NCBI GenBank assembly: GCA_963829055.1 | Contig: CAWHHI010000020.1 | Coordinates: 608,001-672,000, forward strand | Direction of reading: 5' to 3' | Source of the DNA: an uncultured Gemmatimonadaceae bacterium | GTDB taxonomy: Bacteria > Gemmatimonadota > Gemmatimonadetes > Gemmatimonadales > Gemmatimonadaceae | Length of the DNA stretch: 64,000 nucleotides | Part shown: piece by piece, positions 1 to 12,200 of the stretch | Layout of the letters: each line of letters starts with the position of its first letter | Numbering within the stretch: the first letter of the stretch is position 1 | Notes under the pieces: generated by a model | The model's input: the letters and a program-made list of their open reading frames with translations, nothing else | Database searches by the model: none | What the model was told of the DNA's origin: nothing | Position numbers and translations under genes: made by a program

Positions 1-1105
1 CGTGATCCCGATCGACCTCGCCGCGCTCATCTACACCTCGGGAAGCACCGGGAATCCGAAGGGCGTGATGCTCACGCATCAGAACATGGTCTTCGCCGCC
101 GGGAGCATCGCCGAGTATCTGCGCCTCGACGTCAGCGATCGGATCGTGAACGTGCTGCCGCTCGCGTTCGACTACGGGCTGTACCAGCTGCTGATGAGCG
201 TACTGCTCGGCGCAACGTTGATCGTCGAGCGCTCGTTCGTGTACCCGGTGCCGGTCCTCAGGCGCGTCATCGAGCAGGAGGTCACGGTCTTCCCCATCGT
301 GCCCACGATCGGCGCGACGCTGCTGTCGCTCCACCGGAGCGGCGGGCTGGACGTTCCCATCAGTGCGTCGCGTGACGAACACGGCGGCGGCGCTCCCGCC
401 GGAGTTCATCCAGCGGCTCACGACGGTCTTCCCGAACGCGCTCATCTTCGCGATGTACGGGCTCACCGAGTGCAAACGCGTCAGCTATCTGGAGCCGGAG
501 CGGGTGCTCGAGAAGCCGACGTCCGTCGGCAAGGCGATTCCCGGCACCGAGGTGTTTCTCCTTTCTCCCGACGGCGCACCGGTTCCGGCAGGCGAGACCG
601 GCATTCTGCACGTGCGCGGTCCGCACGTCATGGTCGGCTACTGGAAGCAGCCAGAGCTAACGGCGACAATGCTCAAGCCCGGTCGGCTCCCGGGTGAACG
701 GGTGCTGTGCACGCACGACTTCTTCACCATGGATGCCGACGGCGACCTGTACTTCGTCGGCCGCTCCGACGACATCATCAAGACGCGCGGCGAGAAGGTG
801 AGCCCGGTCGAGGTGGAGAACGTCCTTCACCGAGATCGCCGGTGTGCGTGAGGCGGCCGTGGTCGGCGTTCCCGACGAGATGCTCGGCGAAGCGATTCGC
901 GCGTTCGTCGTGCTCGACGAGGGCGCGTCGCTGACCGAGCAGCAGGTCAAGCGGGAGTGCATGGCGCGGCTCGAGAGCTTCATGGTGCCGCGGGATGTCG
1001 TGTTCGTGCCGCGAGCTGCCGAAGACGGCGACGGCCAAGGTCTCGCGACGGCTGCTTCGCGAACACGGCGGCGCGGCGGTCATGGCTCAGTCGAAGAGCG
1101 GTTGA
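1..1105 (+). CDS. AMP-dependent acyl-CoA ligase / adenylation enzyme (5' truncated by window edge, frameshifted)
   Basis: AMP-binding motif YTSGSTGNPKG, MYGLTE, GRSDDIIKTRGEKVSPVEVE and C-terminal LPKTATAKV spread over ORFs 2..697, 363..851, 844..; indels between frames. Confidence 0.85.
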
Positions 1106-1279
1106 TTCGGGCGCAGTGTCTCGCGCCGCTTTCGACGCCCCGATTCGTACCGTTCGCCGCATTCGAATGGCCCGTCAGCCTCACAGCTATCATATTCGAC
1201 TTCCAGCGTTGCGAGAGGCCCAGCTGTGGTAGGGAGTGGCATCTCCACACGTCCGGCGAGCTCGCGGAAACTCGCTGCT

Positions 1280-3097
1280 ATGTCCGTGTCGCGCATCCCA
1301 AGTCGAGCGAGCGCCGTCGGTTTGGTGGTATTAGTTGCGTCGGCTGCTCTGAGTTGCGGCAAGGGGGTGACCGACGCCTCATCCGGTTCTCCGAACACGG
1401 TCGCTTCAGTCGCCGTCGCGCCGGAGTCGGTGTCGATCCCCATCTCCAGGACGGCACAGCTCGAGGCGACGCTGCATAACGCAGCGGGGGATGTCATTAG
1501 CGGTAGGGCGGTGAGCTGGTCGAGCTCTAATCTCGCGGTTGCAACGGTCTCGACGTCCGGTCTCGCAACAGCCGTCGCCGTCGGGAACGCAGTTATTACC
1601 GCGACCAGCAACGGGAAGTCAGGGCGCGCGGACGTAACCGTCGTGCCCACGCCCGTAAATCGCCTGCTCGTGACGCCATCAACGGCATCGGTTGCCTCCG
1701 GGTCGACGCAGACGTTCACCGCCACAGCGTATGACGCCGACGGCAGCATCGTTGCGACGCCGTCCGTATCGTGGACCTCATCGAACACGGGCGTCGCAAC
1801 GGTCAGCGCTTCTGGCGTTGCGAGTGGCGTTGCTGGCGGGCTCGCCACGATTTCAGCCAGGTCCAGTGACAAGACCGCGAGCGCGACGCTCGCGGTGGTC
1901 TCGGCCGCGTCGTGCAAGCTGGTCGACGGCGCCGGCGCTGTCCGGACCTCACCGCTCGCCAAGCCAGGTTACCTGCAATCGGTCATCGACCCGGATTTTG
2001 GCACGACCATCACGCGCATTTCGGGCGATCCCGGAGCGCCGATCCCCGTGGTCGGAGGGACGTGGGGTACGACGGTCTATGGCAATTACCCGAAGGATCC
2101 GGCGTGGAACGCCGACCAGTCGCTTCTGCTTCTGAAACACACGGGCACCTCGCAAGCAGGGTTTCTCTTCCTCGACGGCGAGACGTATCGGGTGCTATTG
2201 GCGCGGCGCGGTCCCAGTGGCGTCATCGATACGCGCTGGCACCCGACGATGCCCGACATCATGCTGTGGGTGTCCGCGGACGGAAGCGTCAGCCACTGGA
2301 ACGTCAGGACCAACACGTCCATCGCGAAGTTTCGAGCGTCGGGATATTCCGGCGCGAGCTTCGGAAGCTACGAGGGAAACCCATCGCGCGACGGCAGGTA
2401 CGTCGCTGTACAAGCCTCGCGTAACTCGGACGGTCATGTCGTTGCTTTCGTCGTCGACGTGGACGCGGGAACCAGGTCCGGGGACGTCGACCTGACGGCC
2501 GCGAACATTACGGATCTCGACTGGGTGTCGGTCTCGGAAGGTGGCGGCTATGTCGTGGCGTACGGGACGATCGACGGCCGGCAGCAACGCACGAAGGTGT
2601 GGCGACGCGACGGGACTGCGGTGGGCTACTGGCAGGACTTCACCTTCGGCCATTACGACCTCGGGCTCGACGCGGCCGGCAACGAGGTCGCCTTTGGCGC
2701 CGTGGGCCAGTCGCCTTACGCCCATCACTTCGTCGCCCGGCGTCTGGATTCGGGGGCGATCACCGACGTCTCCGGCGCCCTAACGAGTTTCAACTGGCAC
2801 GCGACGACGCGCAACACCGCGCGCTCGGGCTGGGGCTATGCCGCCACGAACGACCGCACCGGGTATCCACTGGACGGGGAGATCTATGCGGTCAAGCTCG
2901 ACGGGTCGTTCACGGTGGAACGCTACGCGCACCATCGCGCGAACAACATCGACTACGACTCGGCCCCGTTCCCGACCCCCTCACCCGACGGCCGACGCGT
3001 GCTGTTCGCGTCGAACTGGGGCGAGGCGAGCGGGAGGCCGGTGCAGGCCTACGTCGTGGACACGCGGCAACTCTGCCCGAACGGGCTTCCGCAGTAA
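1280..3097 (+). CDS. Lipoprotein with 2 Big_2 (Ig-like group 2) repeats and a C-terminal beta-propeller
   Basis: Lipobox-like ALSC; repeats WSSSNLAVATVSTSGLATAV and WTSSNTGVATVSASGVASGV; PD40/TolB-like C-terminus PTPSPDGRRVLFASNW; intact ORF 1226..3097. Confidence 0.8.
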   Translation: MSVSRIPSRASAVGLVVLVASAALSCGKGVTDASSGSPNTVASVAVAPESVSIPISRTAQLEATLHNAAGDVISGRAVSWSSSNLAVATVSTSGLATAVAVGNAVITATSNGKSGRADVTVVPTPVNRLLVTPSTASVASGSTQTFTATAYDADGSIVATPSVSWTSSNTGVATVSASGVASGVAGGLATISARSSDKTASATLAVVSAASCKLVDGAGAVRTSPLAKPGYLQSVIDPDFGTTITRISGDPGAPIPVVGGTWGTTVYGNYPKDPAWNADQSLLLLKHTGTSQAGFLFLDGETYRVLLARRGPSGVIDTRWHPTMPDIMLWVSADGSVSHWNVRTNTSIAKFRASGYSGASFGSYEGNPSRDGRYVAVQASRNSDGHVVAFVVDVDAGTRSGDVDLTAANITDLDWVSVSEGGGYVVAYGTIDGRQQRTKVWRRDGTAVGYWQDFTFGHYDLGLDAAGNEVAFGAVGQSPYAHHFVARRLDSGAITDVSGALTSFNWHATTRNTARSGWGYAATNDRTGYPLDGEIYAVKLDGSFTVERYAHHRANNIDYDSAPFPTPSPDGRRVLFASNWGEASGRPVQAYVVDTRQLCPNGLPQ

Positions 3098-3115
3098 CGC
3101 GCGCCCGCGGCACGC

Positions 3116-3799
3116 CTAACGAAAGTCGTCGGCGAGGTTCGCGCTGTCGTAGGGCAGCAGCCTCGCCGGTGGCGCGACGTACACGCCGCCCTCCTGCGTA
3201 TCGCGCAGCACAGTGGCGCCCGCACCGATCACGGTACGGTCGGCGATCGTTAGGCCGTCGCGCACCGTGGAGTGGATGCCGACGAAGCAGTAGGAGCCGA
3301 TCTTCACGTAGCCGGCGATGGCGATCATGCCGACGAGGAAGCTGTGATCCCCGATCGTCGAATTGTGCCCGATGTGGACGCCGGACCCCATGTACACGTT
3401 GTTGCCGATCGTGACGAACGGGTGGATAACGCTGTGCTCCAGGATCCAGCAGTTGTCACCGATCGTCAGGTCCGGCCACGTGTGCGCGCGCGAGCTGACG
3501 TAGCTCACGAGGTCGTAACCCTTCGCCTTCGCCTCGGCGTACTTCTCGGCGCGCAGCTCGTTCACGCGCCGGAAGCTCACCGAGATGTGCATCGCGTGCG
3601 TGTCGGGCGGGTGAGAGCGCTCGATGTCCTCGAACGGGACCACCGGCAGTCCCAGCATCGTCCTTTCGGTGATGTAGGCGCCATCGACCGTGAACGCGAC
3701 GACCTCGTGCGGCGAGTCGTGCGTGAGCACCGTGTGCGCGAAGCAGGCCATTTGGCCGTTTCCGAAGAGCACTACCTTGCGGGGTTTCATGTTCTTCAT
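3116..3799 (-). CDS. Sugar O/N-acetyltransferase, NeuD/PglD-type hexapeptide-repeat family
   Basis: KVVLFGNG N-terminal motif; hexapeptide repeats TIGDNCWI, TIGNNVYM, IGHNSTIGDH; ATG at 3799 overlaps the upstream TGA. Confidence 0.85.
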   Translation of the reverse strand: MKNMKPRKVVLFGNGQMACFAHTVLTHDSPHEVVAFTVDGAYITERTMLGLPVVPFEDIERSHPPDTHAMHISVSFRRVNELRAEKYAEAKAKGYDLVSYVSSRAHTWPDLTIGDNCWILEHSVIHPFVTIGNNVYMGSGVHIGHNSTIGDHSFLVGMIAIAGYVKIGSYCFVGIHSTVRDGLTIADRTVIGAGATVLRDTQEGGVYVAPPARLLPYDSANLADDFR

Positions 3800-4973
3800 G
3801 GTTCCTGACCGGCCATCGCGCGAGGCGCGCGGGCCGAGCGCCGCGGTCCGGCGAATGACGGCGACGACGCGCTCGAGGTCGGCCTCCGTGAGGTTGGATC
3901 CCGACGGGAGACAGAGCCCGCGGGCGAAGAGGTCGTCGGCGACTCCTCGGCCGACAATCGGCGACCGTGCGTAAAGCGGCTGCAGGTGCATTGGCTTCCA
4001 CACCGGCCGAGCCTCGATGCCCTCTGCGTCGAGCGCGCGACGAACGTCTTCGCGGTCGGCAGCCAAACTCCTCGCGGATCGATCGTCAGGGTCGTGAGCC
4101 ACCGGGTGTGCGTGCCCCACGGCGCCTCGGGCATGAACTCGATGCCCGGCAGGTCGCCTAGCGCCTCGCGGTAGAACGCGAAGTTCCGTCGGCGCGCCGC
4201 GACGCGCTCCTCGAGCACGCTGGAGCTGGCCGCGCCCGATCGCGGCGAGGACGTTGCTCAGCCGGTAGTTGTAGCCGATCTCCGAGTGCTCGTAGTGCGG
4301 CGCCGGGTCGCGCGCCTGCGTGGCCAGCTTGCGCGCGTGCGCGACGCAGCGCCTCGTCGGCGGACACGAGCATGCCGCCGCCGGCGGTGGTGATGATCTT
4401 GTTGCCGTTGAAGGAGAACACGCCGCATCGCGCCCGACGGTTCCCGGCGCGCGGCCCTTGTACGACGCGCCTAGCGCCTCGGCCGCGTCCTCGATCAGCG
4501 GGACACCGTACCGGGCGCACGCGGCGCTGATCGGATCGAGGTCGGCGCTCTGGCCGTACAGGTGCACGAGCACGACCGCCTTCGGGAGTCGGCCCCGGCG
4601 CGCGCGCGCGTCGAGCGCCTCCTCGAGCAGCGCCGGGTCCATGTTCCACGACGACGCGCTCGCTGTCGATGAAGACGGGCGTCGCGCCGAGATAGACGAT
4701 CGGGTTCACGCTGGCCACGAAGGTGAGCGTCGAGACGAGCACCTCGTCTCCGGGCCCGACGCCGGCGAGCATCAACGCGAGGTGCAGCGCCGCCGTGCCC
4801 GAGCTCACGGCGACCGCGTACCGCGCGCCGACCGCGGCGGCGAACTCCTCCTCGAACGCGTCGACGTGCGGACCGAGCGGCGTCACCCAGTTCGTGGCGA
4901 ACGCGTCGGCGACGAATTGCTCCTCGAGGCCCGAGAGGTGCGGCGAGGAAAGGAAGACTCGCTTGGAGGTCAT
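3796..4973 (-). CDS. DegT/DnrJ/EryC1/StrS aminotransferase (frameshifted)
   Basis: VFLSSPH, SSGTAALHLAL, VHLYGQ, IEDAAEALG, SFNGNKIITT, GYNYRLSN, RPVWKPMHLQP, GLCLPSG in successive frames. Confidence 0.9.
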
Positions 4974-4996
4974 TCGCTCTTGTCTGGGTGCCGAGC

Positions 4997-6007
4997 TCAC
5001 GCCACCATCGCGAACTCGTCGAACTTCGCCACACGCACGCCCAAGCGCGCTTCGAGTGCGCGGGGATCCGACACGTTGCCCAGCCGCCACGCCACGAGCG
5101 CCATCATGAGGTTTGCGCCAGCCATCTGAGAGAACGGAAGGCCACCCCCAATTCGTGGATTCAGGTCGATGATGACTGGGGGGGCGCCCGTGGCCATGAA
5201 CACGTCGCAGTCGAGCGAGCCAATGTGCCCGAGCGCGGTGCCAAGGGTCCTGCCAAGTGCCGCGAGCTCGTCGTTCATGACGGTCACCGCACGGTCAGTG
5301 CTACCAGCTCGCATGCGCAGCTTCTGGCGCGCCAGCGTGGTGACGTGACGTCCAGCAAGGTCGTTGATCACGTCGACGCCGTATTCATCGCCGACGAGCC
5401 GCTCCTGGATGAGCACGGATTCCTCGGGCGTCACTGCGCCAGCCCTGATCATTGACCGGGGTGCACGCAGCGTCGCGAGCTCGTGGATGAGCTCCAGCTC
5501 TCGCGCGCTGGCCGCCATCTCCACGCCGATCGACGTCGAGCCAAAACGCGGCTTCACAACGATCGGGTACGAGAGATCGTGCTGGAGAATGGCGCGCTGG
5601 GCCTCGGCGAGCGACAGCCACGTCCGGGGACTTCGAAGTCCGCAGCGCGCGAGAAATCGATTCGCCTCCCACTTGTCCTCGCACAGCGCGATGACGCGGG
5701 TGTCGGACACGACCGGGAACGCGTCGACAGCGAGAAATCGTTCGCGGTGTTCAGCGATTACGCCGAGCTCGCGTTCATTGAGCGGGATGACGAGACGTAT
5801 GGCGTTCGACGCACAGATGTCCAGGAGCGTGTCGACGTACGACTCTTCGGTGCATGGTGGAACCGCGAACGCGCCGTCGGCCTCGCTGAGCGCGGGTGCG
5901 TCGGCGGACGCTTCGGCAGCGAACAAGTGACCGTCCGGCGGCAGCGCGCGGCGCATGTCACGAAGGACGCGATTGGACCGGCCGACCGATGTGACCAGCA
6001 CGTTCAT
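4997..6007 (-). CDS. ATP-grasp domain protein (polysaccharide-locus type)
   Basis: MNVLVTSVGR start; CEDKWEA, YPIVVKPRFGSTSIG, LIQERLVGDEY, IIDLNPRIGGG. Confidence 0.85.
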   Translation of the reverse strand: MNVLVTSVGRSNRVLRDMRRALPPDGHLFAAEASADAPALSEADGAFAVPPCTEESYVDTLLDICASNAIRLVIPLNERELGVIAEHRERFLAVDAFPVVSDTRVIALCEDKWEANRFLARCGLRSPRTWLSLAEAQRAILQHDLSYPIVVKPRFGSTSIGVEMAASARELELIHELATLRAPRSMIRAGAVTPEESVLIQERLVGDEYGVDVINDLAGRHVTTLARQKLRMRAGSTDRAVTVMNDELAALGRTLGTALGHIGSLDCDVFMATGAPPVIIDLNPRIGGGLPFSQMAGANLMMALVAWRLGNVSDPRALEARLGVRVAKFDEFAMVA

Positions 6008-6017
6008 TGCCCCCTCC

Positions 6018-7089
6018 TCACACGCCGACGGCGGCGTTAGGCGGTCGACGATACGCCGGGAAGAACCCCGGCGACGCATTGTCTGTCCGCAGCGACTCGT
6101 CACGCACGTTCGCCAGCTGATTGTACCGTTCGTCGTCGAACACAACGCGTACTGTATGGAACTCCGCTTCCAGCGGCGAGAAACCCGCTCTTGAAGCGGT
6201 GGAGTGACCCGCCACCTCCGCCGAGTCCTCCTCCGAGATTCAGCAACGTGGCGCCGAGATCCTTCGCCCACTGTCGGACGAAGTCGAACATCAGCTTCGA
6301 CGGCGCCTTTGGGAAGTGAACCTCGGCGGTGCCGCCCAGGTGGTATTCGGCAAGTCCATCGACCAGCAGGAACAGCCCGCTCGCGGCGACGTCTCCGTCC
6401 GGCCCGCGCACCGTGCACAGGTGAAGGCGGTCTCCGAGCATTGCCCGGAGCTCATCGAAGTACCGCTCGGAGAAGAAATAGAACGCACTCGCCGAATTGC
6501 GTTCCATCGTGGCGCGGTAAACTACCTGGAAGTCCGAATACGCGGTCCAGTTATCCATTTCGACCGTGTATCCCATGCGGATGAGCCGCGCGATATTGCG
6601 CCGGTGATCGAGGCGAGTCTCGGCCTGCCACTGCTCATAGCTCCTGGCCAAGTCCACGTACACGACACTCCCATGATGGACCACGGCCCCAGCCGCTCCA
6701 TAGAGTGCGGCCGGCATCGAATAGAACGGATGCAGCCGGATGAACGCGCTCACCAAGCCACGCTCGCGGCCAACATCCCGGAGTGCCTGTAGCGAGGTGT
6801 GGAGCAGGTCGGGCCGAGCGCCGCTGGTCGTGATCGGGCCAGAGTAGCCATACGGGCTGGTCGCGTCTCGCCAATCCGGTGGCGCGTTGAGGTCGGAGGG
6901 AAGCTCGCGCACCAGCAGTGGCATGAGCAGGGCATGCTCGCCCTCTTCGACGTAGAAGGCGACGGGTTCTCCGCACTCGTAGTTGCCGGCAACACGGCAA
7001 TACGCGGGAAGGTGGTAGGCGTCGTGAGGAGCACGGTCGAGGAAACGCTGCCACCGCGCGTCGTTCAGCGAAAGGAAGTCGGCGATCAT
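6018..7089 (-). CDS. FemAB-like GNAT-family acyl/aminoacyl transferase (3' frameshift)
   Basis: DATSPYGYSGP, FIRLHP, YHLGGT, LNLGGG...LHRFKSGF; C-terminus continues in ORF 6018..6215 (GFFPAYR). Confidence 0.8.
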
Positions 7090-7663
7090 GCTGATGAATC
7101 AGGCCCCCGCGGCAGGCTTAGGCAACCTTAGAGCGGTCTCCGGCTCGAATTGGTGTTGCACATGCGCAGCAGACTGTGGGGTCATACAACAATCTGCGCA
7201 GCGCTAATTGAGGCCACGCGAAAACCCGGAGCGGAGGTCTAATTGGCAAGTCAATGGTACGCAAGAAGATAAGCGTCTACGAAAAACCACGTTTCGCCGG
7301 GCCGTCGAGCGCCGGATGTGCTATGGACAATTCCCGTACGCCCATTACAATGGGCTAGGCTGCTACGATTAGACTTCATCAATCTAACGTTAGGCAGCGT
7401 CGAGGTGGAGAGCCGCCCGTTGCGTCGAGGTCGCCTGACACCACGTCACGCCTCGAGACAGCGAACAGAAGCGTATTGTGTCGGCGGGCGGGGGGTCACG
7501 TGGAAATGAATTGTTTGTGCAGGCTCTCACCGAGCATTCTCGGTGTGGCTCGAGCCGATGTTCGCGTAACGACGCCGGGATGGCGTCGTGCTCGGACCAG
7601 GCACGTCGCTACGCCGCACGAGCTGCCGGCCTCACCGTTGCGCCTAACGCCATCACAGCAGCG

Positions 7664-8287
7664 ATGAAGGTCCTACTAATCATGTTCTCCCTGCTCCTTT
7701 GCGGAGCATCGCCGGCCGCGCTCGCCCAGTCTTCGGGTCCGGTGGCCAGCGGCGCGCTCAATCCTGGCGATGTCGTCCGGATCACGGTGTGGCGCAAGCC
7801 CGAGCTCAGCGGGGATTTCGTGGTCGCGGGTGACGGCTCCGTCTCCCACCCGCTCTATCGCGAGGTTCGGGTGACCGGAATCCCGCTCGCGGCCGTCGAG
7901 GCGCGGCTCCGGGAGTTTCTCGGGAAACTCGAGACGAATCCGCAGTTCGTCGTCGAGCCGTTGCTCCGAGTTGCGGTTGCCGGGGAAGTACGACAACCAA
8001 ACCTGTACACGTTGCGGCCGGAGACGTCACTGGGGCAGGCGGTGGCCATGGCAGGCGGCGCGACCGATCGCGGTCGGCCAGACCGCGTCCTGCTCGTGCG
8101 CGACAACAAGCAGGTGGTCGTAACGCTACGTGCCGCCGACCAGAGCGGGGCTGCCATGCCCATACGCTCCGGCGATCAGATCGTGGTCGAGCGGACGAGT
8201 GCGGTCTTTCGAGATTACATTGCACCGATCGTCAGCATCCTCGGCGCCACGGCGGCGATCGTGAGCGTGGTTATCTACAACCGATAA
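7664..8287 (+). CDS. Polysaccharide biosynthesis/export protein (short Wza-like, SLBB domain)
   Basis: Signal peptide; LNPGDVVRITVW, VAVAGEVRQPNLY, AVAMAGGAT, IRSGDQIVV. Confidence 0.85.
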   Translation: MKVLLIMFSLLLCGASPAALAQSSGPVASGALNPGDVVRITVWRKPELSGDFVVAGDGSVSHPLYREVRVTGIPLAAVEARLREFLGKLETNPQFVVEPLLRVAVAGEVRQPNLYTLRPETSLGQAVAMAGGATDRGRPDRVLLVRDNKQVVVTLRAADQSGAAMPIRSGDQIVVERTSAVFRDYIAPIVSILGATAAIVSVVIYNR

Positions 8288-8294
8288 GGCGAGC

Positions 8295-10745
8295 ATGTCA
8301 ATCGTTCAGAAGGACCGCAACCACTCTCGCCGCGCAGCTACGATCCGGCGACAGTCTGACTGAACGTGAGCCCATCGTCGCGATGACATTCCCGCGAGGG
8401 GATCACGCTTTCGGATATCTTCAGCATCATTGCGCCGGCACGTGGTGCTGGTCCTCGCCGCGACCATAGCGATCGGCTCACTCGCCGCGCTTTCGGTCTT
8501 TCGGGAAACCCCGACCTACCGCGCGACCGCCACGCTTCGGCTCACCGACACGCGAAGCTCGATGACCGGGGCACTCGGCCACGGGGCCAGCGGACCCACG
8601 GCAGGGCACCAACCCCATGCTGTCGCAGGTCCAGCTCCTCAAGAGCAAGGCGCTGATCGGTGCGGTGGTGGATTCGGTGGGACTGCGGCTCCATCCGGTA
8701 GAGCGCGGATTCTCGGCCTCCGTGCTGAGCCAGGTCCGTGTCGATCCGGGGGTAGTGCAGGACACGTTCTTCCTCGCCTTCTCCAACGACGGATACACGG
8801 TCAGGAACGGGTCCCGTGACACCCGCGTCGCCTACAACGCGCCGTACCAGGCGGTCGGTGTGAGCTTCGCCGTCACGGCGAAGCCCCCGGTGGATCGCGG
8901 CACGCTCGTGCTGTCGCCGCGCGAGCAGACGATCGACGACTTCATCCTCAATCTCCGCGTAACGCCGCGCGATGAGACGAACGTCGTGGACGTCTCCTTT
9001 TCGGACGCGGTTCCGCAGGTGGCGCAGCGCGTCGTCAACACGCTCGTGAGCGAGTTTCAGGACGTCGACATCCGGCAAGCGCAGGGTGAGTCTCGGCGCC
9101 GCCGCATCTTTCTCGCTGAGCAACTCCGTGAGATCGACGGGCAACTGTCCAAGTCGGAAGGAGCGCTCGCTTCGTTCCGCAGCCGCGAGCAGGTGTTCAG
9201 CTCTCGCGAGAAGTTCCAGGCGCAGCAGACGGCGCTGATGACGCTCGACATTCGCCGCGAGGAGCTCGACGCGGATCGTCGCGTGTACGAGTCGCTAGTG
9301 CAGAAGCTGCAGCAGGCATCCGGCGACCAAAAAGATGATGAGCTGCGAACGCTCATCGCCGCGCCTGATGTCAGCACGAACCCCGTGGTCTCTCAGCTGT
9401 ACCAGCAACTCGCCCGGTATCAGACCTCGCGTGACTCGCTCACCACCGGCGAATGGCGGAGCGCCCCGGGCAATCCGGACGTGGCGCGCCTCGATCAGCT
9501 GATCTCGTCGACCGAGCAGCGACTCCTCGGCGCCGTCCGTGGACAGATCGCGACGATCGACGTGCGACGCGACGCACTGGGGACACTCCGGACGCGGAAC
9601 GCGGCCGCGATCGAGGCACTGCCGCGCGCCGAGTCGGCCGAAGAGCGACTCGTTAGGCAGGTGGAATCCAACCGCCTCCTGGCTGACCGCCTGAAGGACG
9701 AGTACCAGAAGGCGCGGCTGGCCGAGGCCGTGGAGGCGGGGCAGGTCGAAGTCCTGGACCTTGCGTCGTTGCCGTATCGGCCCGTCGCCCGGCTACGGAC
9801 GCTGCGGCTGCTACTTGGCGTCCTGGTCGGACTGACGCTCGGCGTACTCGGCGCATTGCTCATCGACAGCACGAACGCCCGCGTCCGGCGCCGCGTCGAC
9901 ATCGAGGAGGAGATGCGCGTCCCGGTGCTGGCTGTCATCCCGCGAATCGTGCCCGAGGCGGACGGCCATTCGCTGCGTCGGCTATCGGCGAGACTGGTCT
10001 CCAAGCGCGGGAACGCTCGTGCTGCACGACGGAACGGCCAGAGTGTACGCCCACAGAGCGCGGCTGCCTTCATGACGCCGGCGGGTAGCGAGGCATTTCG
10101 CCTGCTGCGTTCGAGCCTGAAATGGGCCCAGCGGGATGGCTCCGGCAAGACGCTCGTCATCTCGAGCGCCCTCTCCGAGGAGGGGAAGACGACCACGTCG
10201 GCGAACCTCGCCGTGGTGTACGCGCTCGAGGGAAAGCGAGTGCTGCTGATCGACTGCGATCTCCGCCGGCCACGACTGCACCAGGTTTTCCGCGTGCCGC
10301 GTAGCCCCGGGGTCGCGCAGGTTCTCCGAGAAGACATTGGTCCGGCGGCAGCGGTGCGGGACACGTTCTTCCACGGGCTCTCCTTTCTCCCGGCGGGTCG
10401 GGACACCGGTGGCGATCACCGACTACATCGGCTCCGATCGCATGCGAGCGCTGCTGGCGGCACTGTCGGATCACTTCGACATGATCATCATCGATACGCC
10501 GCCGGTTCTCGCAGTTGCCGACGCGGTCGCACTCGGCGCCGCTCGTTGATGGCGTTCTGTTGGTGGTCGGCGCTGGCACCACTGACCGCCATGCGGTGGA
10601 ACAGGCGCTCGGTCAGCTGGGGAGCACAGGCGCGCGGGTCGTGGGTGCGGTGCTCAACGATTCGCGCGGTGAGGTGGAGCGGTATGGTGGCAGCGACTAC
10701 TAACGTGTACCAGGACAACTACGCCGATATCGACGAGCGCCTAGC
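8295..10745 (+). CDS. wzc: Polysaccharide co-polymerase / tyrosine autokinase (Wzc family; frameshifted, ends approximate)
   Basis: Wzz-like N-terminus (YRATATL, SQVQLLKS), coiled coil, TM helix, EAFRLLRSSL, Walker A SALSEEGKTT, LLIDCDLRRP, IIIDTPP, Tyr-rich tail. Confidence 0.85.
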
Positions 10746-10777
10746 AGTTCGGCCCGATCGTCCTGAGCGCTCATCCA

Positions 10778-12200
10778 GTGGGCACCGCACTCGATCGTCT
10801 CTATTCGCCGGGTCGTCGGCCTGGCGGCACGGCACGACCAACCGGCGGATCTTCGCCGCGATGGTCGTGGTTGGCGCCGCCACGCTGTTGGCCAAGGTCG
10901 CTCGCGATGGCGAAGGACGTGGCGGTTGCCTCCTACTTCGGGACCTCCGACGCGGTCGACGCGTACTTCATCGCTTTGACGGTGCCGACGTTCGCGATCA
11001 ACGTGCTCGCCGGCTCGATTCCGGCCGCGCTGATCCCGGCGTACCTGCGCGTCCGGGAACGCGACGGTGTCGCCGGGGCCGGTCGCTTGTTAGGCAACGT
11101 GCTGATGCTCGCAGGCACGGCGATCGGCGTCTCGTGCCTCGTGCTTGCGCTTGCTCGCGCCCGTCCTCATGCCGATCGTGGGGGCACGGTTCAGCAGCTG
11201 AGAAGCTGGCGCTCACCCAGCACCTGTTCCTCCTCGTGCTTCCGGGGGTGCTCGTCTCCGGGATCTCAGGAATGTTCGCAGCCGTCCTCAACTCGCACGA
11301 ACGGTTTCTGCTTGCCGCGGCCACACCGGCGTTCATGTCGATCTTCAGTATCGCGTTTCTGGTCGCGGCGGCGGACCGTTGGGGGATCTACGCACTCGCG
11401 ATCGGCCTGACAGCCGGCTATGTCGCCGAGCTCGCCGTACTGACGTGGAGCCTGCGATCGAGGAACCTGCTGACGGTCCCGCGCCGAGCCAGCTGGCGTG
11501 ACCCCGACGTACAGCTCGTCCTCGGACAGTACGCGCCGCTCGTCATCGGCGGCGCGGTGATGAGCAGCTCGCCGCTGATCGACCAGGCAATGGCCGCGTC
11601 GCTCGGACCAGGCAGCGTCGCGCAGCTCGTCCTACGCGAGCAGGCTCGTCACCGCGGGGCTGGGCATCGGCGTGACGGCGCTGTCGACCGCGATCTTCCC
11701 GCACTTCTCGCGGATGGTGGCGGCCGGCGATTGGTCCGGGTTGCGTCATACGCTTCGCACGTATTCCCGTCTGGGCCTCGTGGCAGGGGCCCGTGTCGTC
11801 TTAGCTGATCGTCGCGTTCTCGGAACCACTCGTTAGGTTGGTCTTCGAGCGCGGCCAGTTCGTGGCGAGCGATACTCGAGCCGTGGCACACGTCCAGGCG
11901 CTCTACGCGCTCCAGATTCCGTTCTACGTGCTCGGCATCGTGGGTGTGCAACTCCTGCACGCGATCAGCGCGAACCGGGTGCTCATGTGGGTGAGCATCG
12001 GGAATTTCTTCACCAACATTATCGGGAACTACATCTTCATGCGGCTGTGGGGCGTGGCGGGAATCGCGGCGGCCACTTCCATGGTGTACGCCATTTCGAT
12101 GGTCGTGATCCTCACCGCTGTCGGAAAGCGCTTGCGCAGCCTCGAACGCGAGAGCTCGCCGCCGCGAACCACGCACCCTGACTCACGGGTGCCAGCATGA
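10778..12200 (+). CDS. MurJ/MviN-family (MOP) flippase in EPS locus (frameshifted)
   Basis: AKDVAVASYFGTSDAVDAYFIA, IDQAMAASLGPGSVA, VFERGQF; many hydrophobic segments across frames. Confidence 0.8.

Noticed and set aside
3116..4642. Apparent aminotransferase-acetyltransferase fusion (508 aa ORF)
   Set aside because: An ATGA overlap at 3796-3799 marks two genes; the read-through is best explained by an indel.
7090..7660. Specific promoter or ncRNA in the divergent, AT-richer EPS intergenic region
   Set aside because: Probably regulatory (CTAATTG twice, TGCGCAG/CTGCGCA inverted pair), but no element is strong enough to call.
8617..11808. Apparent 1063 aa Wzc-MurJ fusion
   Set aside because: The frame passes through nonsense stretches between the real coding segments; it is a product of compensating indels.
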